Positions 27,901 through 38,527 are shown, numbered from the stretch's first letter. The stretch is DNA of 64,000 nucleotides from a bacterium (GCA_965249485.1 OZ252239.1:3264001-3328000), one strand, 5' to 3'. Numbers and translations: made by a program. The notes: generated by a model from the sequence alone, not told the origin.

Positions 27901-28958
27901 CGCTTAACCTCCTTCCTTCCAAACTTAAGGTGCTCTTCTTTCGGGTTCCAGAAGTCAACCTTAAATCCAGGTGGAGGCTTACTTGCATCATATCTCTTTA
28001 GAGGATTCTGTATAGCAGTACAGATTTCCCAAAAGGCACAAGGTCGGTGAAAGTCATAGCATGATTTAGTATTCAGAGGAAAGGCAAACAAGATGTCATC
28101 ATGTTCATTACAGCGTTCAAGTTGGTCTAATTCATGTTCAAGGAGGTCAAGCCTATGATTACATCTCCAGAGCCATTCAGTCATCTGTAGAACGGTCTTC
28201 TCTACAGGCATTCTTAAGGTCATAAAGCCATTCTTTCTTATACCATCCTTCCCTACAGTACCTTTCCTATAGATGAGGAAATTCATAACTATGCCGAAGA
28301 CATCTTCGTGAGGAAATAGTTGTCTGAGAGCTAGAGTATAGAGATTAACTTGGTGACCTAATTTGTGAAGATTCCTGTAGTTCTCATTATCAGCCTTTGA
28401 GGTCTTATGCTCCATACAAAAGATGGCTCCCTTCCGACCTGTGATAGAGCCTGAGGTATCCCTAAGGACTGCATCCATCTTATAGGTCACAAGTCTATTC
28501 CGTTTTGGGTCAATGAGAGCATCTCCAAAAATCTCTATAGCAGGTCTCCCATCGGGAAGGGTAAGAACCTCGTAGTCATCATTTACGTTCTGCTTCATAT
28601 AATCCACATAACCTTCGAGAGCAAAGGCAGGATTTTTAGGAGCTATATCGTCATCTTCATCTACTTCCCACTCTTCTCTGAATTGCTCCAGACCACATTG
28701 ATAAGCTTCTTCTGCTATGTTCATATAGTCGGTGCGGAAGCGTTTATTGAGAGGGGTGATATGCTCCATTCCATGATGAACATAAGCTCCGAAGTCTAGG
28801 TCTAATTGCCTAGTGTCACTTTGCCATCCCCACCATCTAGAAAAGAAACCTTTCCTCTCACAAGCATCATTTTCGGAAAGTTTAGTAGCGTCCATAATTT
28901 CCATAGAGGGATGCCATACAAGAGGGAGTTTCTTTCTATCTCTGTATTCTTCAAACAT
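27897..28958 (-). CDS. PD-(D/E)XK exonuclease, Cas4/AddB-like
   Basis: KMDAV...MEHKTS catalytic motif, Q...Y motif, N-terminal Cys plus C-terminal C-x6-C-x5-C. Confidence 0.8.
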   Translation of the reverse strand: MFEEYRDRKKLPLVWHPSMEIMDATKLSENDACERKGFFSRWWGWQSDTRQLDLDFGAYVHHGMEHITPLNKRFRTDYMNIAEEAYQCGLEQFREEWEVDEDDDIAPKNPAFALEGYVDYMKQNVNDDYEVLTLPDGRPAIEIFGDALIDPKRNRLVTYKMDAVLRDTSGSITGRKGAIFCMEHKTSKADNENYRNLHKLGHQVNLYTLALRQLFPHEDVFGIVMNFLIYRKGTVGKDGIRKNGFMTLRMPVEKTVLQMTEWLWRCNHRLDLLEHELDQLERCNEHDDILFAFPLNTKSCYDFHRPCAFWEICTAIQNPLKRYDASKPPPGFKVDFWNPKEEHLKFGRKEVKR

Positions 28959-30479
28959 TAGAGGGGGTCTCCTTTCCAGTGCCAGAGAAAACTTTTTTAT
29001 CTAGTTGTGTTATAGGTAATTCTACAGGATAGTAGAGGAAAGTGACCTTTCTATGAGGCTTTGCACCAATACTGAGTTTTACTATTCTAGGTATATGACC
29101 CTTGTTGATGAAGTCTTTTATGTTCTGAATTATGATGTATAAGTGCCTGTATTGTGGGTGCTCAGGAGCTAAGATAGGAATGCCACAATTCCCTATCTTG
29201 TCTAAATAGATCTTATGACATCTGGCTCTAGCTATTCTTAATCCGGTCTGTTCATTGTAAGGGTCTTTTTTAGACCTGAGAGAGATACCTATGGTAGGAT
29301 GATTAGGATTAGCTTCCCTTGAATCCTTAGCACAGTTATAGAACCTAACACAAACAATAGCAATAGGGTCTTTCTCTATAGCATGGTAATTTTTTTGATA
29401 ATGTTTAGAGTCTATCTTATAATCTGTCTTCCTCCGATTAGGGGAGACTTGCTCTAAGTAGTATTTAACTATTCTCTCTGAGGTTCTAGGAATAGCTCCT
29501 GAGAAGATTTTCTCCTTTTTGTCCTTAGGATTAAGGGGATAACATTCCCCTACTTCGTAGAGAATACTTATTGCCCACGTATTTATTCTCACCTTGTTCT
29601 CCTTTTGTTCTCTCTCATAGTTAAAGGCATGTTCTGCTCTTTTAACTTCGTGACGATTCATCTTCTTTAACATCCTTCCCAAATATCCAAAAGCATAGAA
29701 CTATAATCCCTACTACTATAGTCTGTCCAAAGACAGTAAACAATATACCTGCTATGAACCCACTTAAGAAGATAGTTTCATTCATCTTCTTCTCCCGAGT
29801 TAGAAATTACACTCATAGGGTCTGTATGGTTAGTAGTCTCACTCATTAATCTCCATCCTCCTCTTGTGGCACTATATTCACATCTATTTGAAGGAATTTA
29901 TCTAGCTGTACTTCTTTGGACTCAATGTGTATTCTAAGATTACGAAAGCTAGTTTTTAGATCTTTAATCTCTCTACCAGTGAGTTGTTCTAAATGGTCTT
30001 CCTTCATGTAGTTATGACCTAACTTATCACATAAGCTAGTCATCTCCTCTTGAAACTTTACTAGGACTTCTACATCCATTGGTCTTGCTTCAACTAATCC
30101 CATCTTTCAGCACTCCTTTCGGGTTATCCTTTTTCTCTTCTTTCATCATACCTTCTACATCTACTGCTAAGTCACTACAGTTGTTTGCTAATCTAAATAA
30201 TATATCCTTAAGAGGTTCTAGGTCAATCTTCCTAGCATCTACACTATGGATAATGCCATCTATATCATTCCTAACAAGCCTGATTGAGTTCCCTAACTTA
30301 ACTCTATTCCTCTCTGAGACTCCAGAGTAGTTCCGAACATAAGTAATAGGTTCTTGATGAGGATGGATTAGATGAGAGTACATTTGTTTGAGGCATATCT
30401 CTAAATCAAGGTCTCCCATCTCATGTGCCTCGGCTACTTGTGCTAAAGCTTCTTCCTTGTTCTTAGCCTGTCCTTCCAT
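28951..30479 (-). CDS. Early phage hypothetical genes (28951-29682, 29642-29785 membrane peptide, 29846-30103, 30090-30479)
   Basis: Co-oriented overlapping ORFs at the start of the leftward operon. Confidence 0.6.
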
Positions 30480-30765
30480 TAAAGGGTTCTCCTTTTTTTC
30501 TCTTGCACCTTAAACAGTTTATCTGCCTTTGAGTGAATTTAAAGGGAGGGAAGGTCTTTTCTCTGTCATCCCTACCTATTATAGTATTGCAACAGTCTAG
30601 GATATAGTAGCCTGTATAGGTCTCAGACCAATCATGTACTATATCTGTAAGTATGTACCGGATTCATGCCAAGTATTAGAACAGATATGTAATAAAAACT
30701 AAGTAGAGTATAAATAAGTGTGTAGATGATAAGTATAAAAGAGGGGTTTTGTAGCTGAATAATTA

Positions 30766-30819
30766 GTCTTGAAAACCGCCGTGAGAAATCACTTGGGGGT
30801 TCGAGTCCCTCGTCCTCCG
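30766..30819 (+). tRNA. 3' fragment of tRNA-Ser(TGA); probable att core
   Basis: Anticodon loop CTTGAAA, variable arm GTGA-GAAA-TCAC, T-arm GGGGG-TTCGAGT-CCCTC, acceptor strand GTCCTCC plus G discriminator. The 5' half is absent. Confidence 0.85.
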
Positions 30820-30827
30820 CTATGCGG

Positions 30828-30852
30828 TAAAGTGTTTGAAATCAACACTTTA
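30828..30852. repeat. Inverted repeat just downstream of the att/tRNA fragment
   Basis: TAAAGTGTT-N7-AACACTTTA. Confidence 0.6.
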
Positions 30853-31327
30853 AAAATTTAAAATATTTTAGTTCCTTCCGATCCGAATATAGCAACTGTA
30901 CCAATTGCCTATATTATCTCATTTATTATTAAACTTGAAGTACAAAAATCTTTCTATAATGTATTGAATATTACTGCTAATGATACATAATTGTTTTTAG
31001 CAGGCATGAAGATTTTCTAGTGTAATATGTATTAAACCTCTACGTGTCCTTTTAAAAGAAAGTAAAGTCTTACGCATTTCTTTTTCCTTCTATATAGTAT
31101 CAAATTGATAATGGAATTACTTATCCTTCACAATGATTATCATTTAATTGTGTTAAAAATATTGCACAACAGATACAATATTGGTTACAATTATTTTTGC
31201 TTGACTTTTAACATTTAGTTAAACATCTTTTCAGAAATTACATTTTTAATGTATTCTTCCATATTTTTCCTTATTAATTCCATATTCAATTATTGCTAAT
31301 TTCAGGAGATTAAATTAACCGAATATT

Positions 31328-32854
31328 ATGCCAAATTTTGAAACTGTTTCCAATCTACTAAGTCAAGGTGAATCCAATGCAGTGGCAATTACTGCTCCTG
31401 GGAAAAAACCTCTGACATATAATGAATTAAGAGAGCTGGCCGATAAAACCGTCAATACATTAAACGATTTTGGAATGGGAAGAAATGACAATATCGCAAT
31501 TGTACTTCCGAACGGACCAGAAATGGCCACTGCGTTTTTATCTATCGCTGCAGGAGCAACTACCGCTCCGCTTAATCCGAATTACCGTGAAAAGGAATTT
31601 GAATTTTACCTTGGCGATCTGGATGCACGTTTATTACTTGTACAAAAGGGGATAGATTCACCGGCTAGGGCTGCTGCAAAAAAACTTAAAATTCCAATTG
31701 TAGAATTAATTCCTGACAAGAGTAACACAGCTGGAAAATTTGATATAGAGGGCGATTATAAAAGCGGTAAAAAACCCATGAGTGGTTACGCATCATCAGA
31801 AGAGACAGCCCTTGTATTACATACATCCGGGACAACGTCAAGGCCTAAAATAGTTCCTTTAAGTCATGCAAATATCTGCGTATCGGCTATTAATATTGCC
31901 AGGACTCTTTCTTTAACTCCTGATGATAGTTGCATGAACGTAATGCCTCTTTTTCATATACACGGTCTCATTGCTGCTGTTTTGAGTTCACTTGGAGCTA
32001 AGAGTTCGATATATTGCACCCCCGGTTTTAATGCACTGAAATTTTTTGCATGGATGGAGGAATCAAATCCATCATGGTATACAGCTGTTCCTACCATGCA
32101 CCAGGCAATTCTTGGCCGAGCTGGCAGGAATAAGGATATTATCGAAAATAGTAGGCTTCGGTTTGTTCGTTCATCTTCCGCTTCTCTGCCTCCACAAGTT
32201 ATGGACACACTTGAGAAAACATTTCATGTTCCGGTCATTGAAGCATACGGAATGACGGAAGCGGCCCACCAAATGGCAAGCAACCCTTTACCACCGCTTG
32301 ACCGTAAACCCGGTACAGTAGGACTTGCTGCCGGTCCGGATATATCGATAATGAAGGAAAACGGGGAATTGCTTCCTCCAGATACTATCGGTGAAGTTGT
32401 AATTCGCGGTGAAAATGTCACCGATGGATACAAAAACAATCCTGATGCAAATAATGATTCCTTCATAAACGGTTGGTTCAGGACCGGGGACCAAGGTGTC
32501 ATAGATTCCGAAGGTTATCTGCGTCTAACAGGAAGATTAAAGGAAATAATAAACAGGGGCGGTGAGAAAATATCCCCTCGGGAAGTCGACGAAGTGTTGA
32601 TAGATCACCCGGCAGTAAAACAGGCAGTGACTTTTGCATTACCTCATGAAAAACTTGGAGAGGATGTTGCCGCTGCCGTGGTTCTGAAAGAGAATGTGAC
32701 CGCTACAGATAAAGAAATCCGGGAATTTGCCCGCAGCAAACTTGCGGATTTCAAAGTGCCGCGAAAAGTAATATTCCTGGATGAAATACCAAAAGGACCT
32801 ACCGGGAAATTACAAAGAATAGGTCTAGCAGAAAAACTTGGTCTTACCTCTTAA
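31328..32854 (+). CDS. Acyl-CoA synthetase, oxalate-CoA ligase-like
   Basis: LHTSGTTSRPK, MPLFHIHGL, YTAVPTMHQ, EAYGMTEAAHQMASNPLP and GWFRTGDQG motifs of the AAE3/Pcs60 subfamily. Confidence 0.85.
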   Translation: MPNFETVSNLLSQGESNAVAITAPGKKPLTYNELRELADKTVNTLNDFGMGRNDNIAIVLPNGPEMATAFLSIAAGATTAPLNPNYREKEFEFYLGDLDARLLLVQKGIDSPARAAAKKLKIPIVELIPDKSNTAGKFDIEGDYKSGKKPMSGYASSEETALVLHTSGTTSRPKIVPLSHANICVSAINIARTLSLTPDDSCMNVMPLFHIHGLIAAVLSSLGAKSSIYCTPGFNALKFFAWMEESNPSWYTAVPTMHQAILGRAGRNKDIIENSRLRFVRSSSASLPPQVMDTLEKTFHVPVIEAYGMTEAAHQMASNPLPPLDRKPGTVGLAAGPDISIMKENGELLPPDTIGEVVIRGENVTDGYKNNPDANNDSFINGWFRTGDQGVIDSEGYLRLTGRLKEIINRGGEKISPREVDEVLIDHPAVKQAVTFALPHEKLGEDVAAAVVLKENVTATDKEIREFARSKLADFKVPRKVIFLDEIPKGPTGKLQRIGLAEKLGLTS

Positions 32855-32881
32855 AATAGATCTTGAATTCATATCCGGAAT

Positions 32882-33859
32882 TTGTTTATAAAAATAAAAA
32901 TCTGCATATACGGAGCTGGTGCTATCGGAGCATATCTGGGAGCATTGTTGAAACTATCGGGTAACGATGTAACATTAATTGCACGTGGACCTCATCTTGA
33001 GGCTATGACAAAAAACGGTTTGACTCTAATTTCGGAGGATGAGGAAAAAGTTGTTGATATCAGGTGTACTGATAAACCTGAAGATGTAGGGCCGCAGGAT
33101 TATGTATTTATCACTTTAAAAGCCCACTCCGTACTTCCCATTGTCGACAGCTTGCTGCCTCTTCTGGATAAGAATACAGCTATTGTTACAGCACAAAACG
33201 GGATTTTATGGTGGTATTTCTATAAACTGCAAGGCGCCTGGGAAAATCAACACATTGAATGCGCCGATCCCGGAAGAAAAATCTGGGATACAATTGGACC
33301 CGAAAGAGCTATAGGGTGTGTTGTATATCCTTCATGCGAGATAGTCGAACCCGGTGTGGTAAAACACATCGACGGTAAAAGATTTATGGTCGGAGAGCCC
33401 GACGGCTCAAAATCTCCACGCGTCACCACATTAAGCAAATTGTTAATGTTGGCCGGCTTAAAAGCACCTGTCCGGACCAAAATCAGAGATGATATTTGGT
33501 TGAAACTATGGGGAAATGTTTCTTTTAATCCCGTCAGTGTCCTTACGTTAGGTACACTTGAGCAGATGTGCAGTAATGAAGGGACAAGAAAAGTAATCAG
33601 GGATATTATGCTTGAGGCTCAAGCAGTAGCCGAAAAACTCGGTGTGAAATTTCCAGTAGATGTGGATACACGAATAAAATGGGGTGAGGATGTGGGAAAC
33701 CATAAAACTTCCATGCTTCAGGACCTTGAAAAAGGCAGGCCAATGGAGATTGATTCTCTCGTCAGTGCAGTATCTGAAATAGGTAAACTAGTTGACGTAG
33801 ATACTTCGACATTAGATACCGTTTTAGGACTTGTCAGGTTAAGAGCTGAACTCACGTAG
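32882..33859 (+). CDS. 2-dehydropantoate 2-reductase family (possible oxalyl-CoA reductase)
   Basis: GAGAIG, IWLKLWGN and HKTSMLQDLE.GRPME motifs. Start codon uncertain. Confidence 0.85.
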   Translation: MFIKIKICIYGAGAIGAYLGALLKLSGNDVTLIARGPHLEAMTKNGLTLISEDEEKVVDIRCTDKPEDVGPQDYVFITLKAHSVLPIVDSLLPLLDKNTAIVTAQNGILWWYFYKLQGAWENQHIECADPGRKIWDTIGPERAIGCVVYPSCEIVEPGVVKHIDGKRFMVGEPDGSKSPRVTTLSKLLMLAGLKAPVRTKIRDDIWLKLWGNVSFNPVSVLTLGTLEQMCSNEGTRKVIRDIMLEAQAVAEKLGVKFPVDVDTRIKWGEDVGNHKTSMLQDLEKGRPMEIDSLVSAVSEIGKLVDVDTSTLDTVLGLVRLRAELT

Positions 33860-33919
33860 TAACAAAAATAATTCAAAGAAGTTTTTATTAAACGTCTATT
33901 TAATAATCAACATGTGTAA

Positions 33920-35398
33920 ATGTCAGAAATAAATAAAGATATTGAAAAATTAGAAATCCCTAATATGTTCTGGGGAAGCCTGCTGGTTTATTTCGGACCG
34001 GGTATAATATTAATGATGACTGGAGTTGGGACCAGTCATTTAGTGACAGCGCCTACAGCAGGAGGCAGGTTTGCTTATGCATTGCTCTGGTGCCTTCCCG
34101 CAGCTTATATATTTAAATACTACGGTTTCGAAATGGCTTTCCGATTTACTAATGCAACAGGTAAAAGTATGATTGAAGCTTATGCAACTGCCTGGAAGAA
34201 ATGGCCTTTATGGTATGTTATGTTCACCACTTTATTACAATGCGCAGTGGGTCAATCAGGTAGGCTGATCGCAGCTTCAGCAGTACTATACTACTTTTTC
34301 CAGGTGGCGTTCGGTCTTGAAATACATATGGCGATTTTTGGAATAATATTGGGAATATCTTCAATTTTGATCATTTTGAAAGGGAACTATTCAGCAATTG
34401 AATTATCAGCCAAAATTGCAGCAGGAATACTTTTTGTGTCCACGATTGCGGTTTATTTTGTGAAACCTGCTCCATTCTCGGAATTTAACCATTTTTTCAT
34501 ATTCGATACACCGGCGGGTTCATGGTTGATAATTGCCGGATTTCTCGGTTTGTTACCTACAGGGATCGATGTTTCATTACAAGCTTCGGAATGGGGAAAA
34601 GCAAAAAAAGTCGGATTATGCAGGATTCGTGAGCCGTTGGAAAATATCGGAATTGCTAAAGTTTTTGATCCGTTTTCGTCTAAGAAAGAGGATCTTTCAG
34701 TCGATTTAAGTAAGGTCCATCCCCATGGACAGGAATATTGTACTAAATGGTTCAAGATCGGATTATGGGATTTCCGGTTAGGTCATATTATTTCTTTTAT
34801 AATAGGCTGTGTCTTTTTACTCCTTGCGGCTGTTTGGTTATACCCGAGTACAGTTGAAGGAAGAGGGGTTATGGGAGAAATCGCAAGAATATTCACCGAC
34901 AGTGTCGGTCCCTGGATGATGGTAGTATTTCTCATTGGAGCTTTCGCAGCAACGTATTCGACAGCATTTAACTATTTCGATGGATGGCCAAGAATTGTCG
35001 CAGCATGCAGCAGGAATATTTTCAGGTCAACATATAATTTCAGGGGAATCAATAAAAAAGATTTAACAACCGATTTAAAGAAAAAGTGGTATTCGGAATA
35101 TAATATATACCGGATTACAATGTTATATTCGCTCATTGCTTCCGTCCTAATTATTATCGGCTTTGAACGACCTGTAGAACTTGTTCTCATGGCATCTGCC
35201 CTTGCATATTTTATTGCCCCGGTAATTTTCTTTCTGAATCTTTACTATTGTTTTACAGTGATCCCAAAAAAGGATAAAGTATTTTATCCCTCGAAATTTG
35301 CTACATGGTTCGGCTGGGGAAGTTTTATAATATTTACTGGTTTCAGTATTATCCTGATTTTAGCCGCTATATTTAAATTTCCTCTTTTTGGCGCTTAA
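33920..35398 (+). CDS. Nramp-family-like membrane transporter
   Basis: GPGII...TGVGTSHLV.AP.AG motif; multiple TM helices. Confidence 0.75.
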   Translation: MSEINKDIEKLEIPNMFWGSLLVYFGPGIILMMTGVGTSHLVTAPTAGGRFAYALLWCLPAAYIFKYYGFEMAFRFTNATGKSMIEAYATAWKKWPLWYVMFTTLLQCAVGQSGRLIAASAVLYYFFQVAFGLEIHMAIFGIILGISSILIILKGNYSAIELSAKIAAGILFVSTIAVYFVKPAPFSEFNHFFIFDTPAGSWLIIAGFLGLLPTGIDVSLQASEWGKAKKVGLCRIREPLENIGIAKVFDPFSSKKEDLSVDLSKVHPHGQEYCTKWFKIGLWDFRLGHIISFIIGCVFLLLAAVWLYPSTVEGRGVMGEIARIFTDSVGPWMMVVFLIGAFAATYSTAFNYFDGWPRIVAACSRNIFRSTYNFRGINKKDLTTDLKKKWYSEYNIYRITMLYSLIASVLIIIGFERPVELVLMASALAYFIAPVIFFLNLYYCFTVIPKKDKVFYPSKFATWFGWGSFIIFTGFSIILILAAIFKFPLFGA

Positions 35399-35639
35399 TA
35401 ACGTAATATTCATTCCTTTTAATGTTATAAAGATCATATCCAAAGATCATTCGGTTCTTAAGGCATTTACTTGGTTGCATTGGTGTTGGGTTCATTGCTT
35501 GTCCAGGCAAATTCATTCATGTTTTTGAATACTAATTTCTTTTTTCTTATGTTTTTTTCATGTATACTATAAGTAAATTGTATCACTTTACTTATTCATT
35601 CGTTCTCCTCCACATAATTTCAATATAAAGGTCTGCACT

Positions 35640-36173
35640 ATGCACGCACTGTGTCAGCATATTGATTCCCGTATGGAGCCTGTCAGAAAACTGGTAACCG
35701 GATTTATCATTACCGTTTTTGCAATTCAGGTAATAGTTGTGTTCAGTCAGGTAGTCTGGCGTTTTGTTTTCAATAATCCATTTTCATGGTCGGAAGAGTT
35801 AGCCAGGTACATTCAAGTCTGGATGATTCTCTTAACAGCATCGATATGTATCAGAAAAGGGAAGCATCTCGCTGTTGACTATATTACACATGCATTACCG
35901 TTCCGGTTTTCGAAATCATTGAGAATTATCACGTCGACATTCACCATGATCTTTACGATTGTGGTCATTGTTTTTGGAATTCAAATGCTCACTATCACTC
36001 TTAATGAAATGACGCCGGCTCTTCGTATTTCGATATCAATTATATATATGGCATTTCCTTTAGCCGGTTTTTTAATGTTCACTGAATCATTCATTGTTTT
36101 ACTCAAAACAATCGGTGCTGAGCAGGGAAGTGATATTTTTCCTTCGGAAGACACTGAAGAACACATGAGGTAA
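35640..36173 (+). CDS. dctQ: TRAP transporter small permease
   Basis: WSEELARY and HLAVD motifs; about 4 TMs. Confidence 0.9.
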   Translation: MHALCQHIDSRMEPVRKLVTGFIITVFAIQVIVVFSQVVWRFVFNNPFSWSEELARYIQVWMILLTASICIRKGKHLAVDYITHALPFRFSKSLRIITSTFTMIFTIVVIVFGIQMLTITLNEMTPALRISISIIYMAFPLAGFLMFTESFIVLLKTIGAEQGSDIFPSEDTEEHMR

Positions 36174-36179
36174 AACTCT

Positions 36180-37463
36180 ATGGTGGTTGTATTATTTATA
36201 GCAATTGTTCTCCTTCTCTTAATCGGTACTCCGATTGCGTTTGCAATGGGTGCGGGATCGCTGTTGGCTCTGTTGTGGGACGGATCGCTTCCGTTGACTA
36301 TCATCACGCAAAGAATGTTTATCGGAATCGATTCTTGGTTACTTATGGCTATACCCTTATTTATGCTTGCCGGCCAGTTGATGACTTCCGGAGGAATGTC
36401 TAAACGGCTTATTGATTTTTCTTCAGAGCTTTTCTCCTTTGTTCGGGGAAGTCTCGGAATGATCAGCGTTGCAGCATCAATGATATTCGCTGGAGTTTCC
36501 GGATCGTCTGTTGCGAGTACTGCAGCTATCGGATCTATAATGCTACCAAGCATGAAAGAAAAGGGATACAACATGAATTTCGCTACTGCGCTTCAGGCGG
36601 CAGCGGGGGCAATCGGACCAGTCATCCCTCCGAGCCTCATGATGATTCTTATTGGATTCTTGACTAACACATCGACAGTTGCCTTGTTTCTTGGTGGAAT
36701 TGTGCCAGGTGTTCTAATCGGATTTGGTCTCATGATTGTTGTTTATTTCCATGCATTGAAGGGTGGTGATGCATATATTCCATCCGGTGAAGCATTCAGC
36801 TTTAAACGTGTTTTTACAAGCGGATTTGTTGCCCTCCCCGCCCTCGGTCTTCCATTTATTATTATATACGGAATTCTGGCAGGAATTTTTACGGTAACGG
36901 AAGCGGCAGTTGTTGCGGTCGTGTATGGTTTTGTTGTTGGAATGTTTGTGTATAAGGAAATTAAACTGAAGGACATCCCCGATATTTTCATGAAAGCTGC
37001 AGAACTTGCTACTATCATTTTGTTTATACAGGCCACAACCGCGATATTTGCATGGCTTATTACAGTAAACGAAGTTCCGGAGACGCTTGCCGGTATCCTG
37101 CTTGCAAATGTTACAAGTAAATATGTGTTCTACATCCTCTATATTATTCTGTTAATTATGGTCGGGATGGTAATGGAAAGTTTTTCGGCATCAATTGTAC
37201 TTATACCACTTGTATTTCCACTTGCCCGGCAATTCGGTGTTGACCCTGTACACTTTGGCGTCATAACGACTGTCGGCTGGGCTATTGGCTATATCACACC
37301 ACCATTCGGTGTGACGCTGTTCGTGTCGTGCAGCTTGACAAATAAAAGTATTCGGGAAATTACACCCTATATTCTCCCCATTACGTTTTCAATGCTCATT
37401 GTGCTAATAATCATTACATTTTTTCCGGCAATCGTTCTGTGGATTCCGAACATGTTTCAATAA
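36180..37463 (+). CDS. dctM: TRAP transporter large permease
   Basis: AIPLFMLAG, IPPS and ITPPFG motifs. Confidence 0.92.
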   Translation: MVVVLFIAIVLLLLIGTPIAFAMGAGSLLALLWDGSLPLTIITQRMFIGIDSWLLMAIPLFMLAGQLMTSGGMSKRLIDFSSELFSFVRGSLGMISVAASMIFAGVSGSSVASTAAIGSIMLPSMKEKGYNMNFATALQAAAGAIGPVIPPSLMMILIGFLTNTSTVALFLGGIVPGVLIGFGLMIVVYFHALKGGDAYIPSGEAFSFKRVFTSGFVALPALGLPFIIIYGILAGIFTVTEAAVVAVVYGFVVGMFVYKEIKLKDIPDIFMKAAELATIILFIQATTAIFAWLITVNEVPETLAGILLANVTSKYVFYILYIILLIMVGMVMESFSASIVLIPLVFPLARQFGVDPVHFGVITTVGWAIGYITPPFGVTLFVSCSLTNKSIREITPYILPITFSMLIVLIIITFFPAIVLWIPNMFQ

Positions 37464-37502
37464 GAAACAGTTAAAACAGTGTTATTATGGAGACATAATT
37501 GA

Positions 37503-38501
37503 ATGAATTTTTCTTCAAAAACAATCTATATATTAGTCACGTTCCTGTTTTTAATCGGATGCAAAAACAGTGATGACGATGTGTTTTTTATGAAGATTGA
37601 CTCTCCGGGAGCACGTGAGGAACCGGGATCGCAGGCGCTATTCAAATATGCCGAACTCGTGAATGAACGGTCTCAGGGAAGAATTCGGGCAAAAGTTTTT
37701 GCAGCCAATGCTCTCGGTATGAATCGTGATGTCAGCGAAGGGCTGCAGCTTGGTACTGTTGAAGTCCAGATGGCCTCAAGTTCGCCTCTTGCGGCTTTTG
37801 TTCCATCTATGAATATTTTTGAATTACCGTTCCTCTTTGAAAACAATGAACATATGTTTGCGGTACTTGACTCGGAAATCGGACAAAGCTTCATACCCGA
37901 ATTGGAAGAGCAGGGATTCCATTTGCTCGGATATTTTACGTTTGGTGTACGGCATATAATGTCAACTGATAGACCGATTCACTCAATTGCTGATATGGAA
38001 GGGTTGAAAATTCGGACAATGGAGAGTACTCCGCATCTTGATGCATTCAAGTCCTTCGGCGCAAATCCTCTTCCGATGGCATATAATGAGCTCTTCCTTG
38101 CTCTCCAAACCGGTATGATTGATGGTGCGGAAGCGGCAAACTCAAACTATTATTCAAAAAGGTTTTTTGAAGTCGCCCCATATTGGGCACAGATCGGTTG
38201 GCTGAGACTTGTTGCGCCGGTCATCATGAGTAAGAATTTCTATGATAGTTTGCCAGCCGATCTGCAGCAGGTCGTCGATGAATCGCTGAAAGAGCTTGAA
38301 ACATACGAACGAGACCTGTACACTGCAGTTGATGAACAACGTCTCGAAGATTTGAAAGCCGCTGGCGTTACAATAACGTATCCTGACCGAGAAGAATTTT
38401 TCAAAGCGGCCCGTCCAGTGTATGACAAGTGGGCGGACACTATCGGTGGATGGGATAAAATCAATCAAATCCTTGACTTTGATTACAAATCAACTCAATA
38501 A
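37503..38501 (+). CDS. dctP: TRAP substrate-binding lipoprotein
   Basis: Lipobox LIGC; GLKIRT and ALQTGMIDG motifs. Confidence 0.88.
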   Translation: MNFSSKTIYILVTFLFLIGCKNSDDDVFFMKIDSPGAREEPGSQALFKYAELVNERSQGRIRAKVFAANALGMNRDVSEGLQLGTVEVQMASSSPLAAFVPSMNIFELPFLFENNEHMFAVLDSEIGQSFIPELEEQGFHLLGYFTFGVRHIMSTDRPIHSIADMEGLKIRTMESTPHLDAFKSFGANPLPMAYNELFLALQTGMIDGAEAANSNYYSKRFFEVAPYWAQIGWLRLVAPVIMSKNFYDSLPADLQQVVDESLKELETYERDLYTAVDEQRLEDLKAAGVTITYPDREEFFKAARPVYDKWADTIGGWDKINQILDFDYKSTQ

Positions 38502-38527
38502 AAAACTGTCGTAAAAAATTTCTTTAC

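Larger units (their letters stand above)
1..30819. mobile_element. Podovirus-like prophage (left end outside window)
   Basis: Contiguous phage structural (+) and replication (-) modules with TAATG/ATGA-coupled genes. Composition shifts abruptly at a partial tRNA at ~30.8 kb, after which genes are cellular. Confidence 0.93.

Noticed and set aside
27897..28958. CRISPR-Cas system implied by the Cas4-like nuclease
   Set aside because: No repeat-spacer array or other cas genes seen; solo Cas4-like nucleases are common in phages.
1..30765. Full TAG reassignment (genetic code 15) in the prophage
   Set aside because: TAG ends the scaffold (3006), adaptor (6149) and SSB (24630) genes at natural-looking termini next to AGGAGG motifs, and the 600-1200 aa genes contain no internal TAG.
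30730..30822. Complete tRNA-Ser gene
   Set aside because: Upstream sequence lacks the GGAGGAC-like acceptor 5' strand, the D-arm and the outer anticodon stem; only the 3' part is present.
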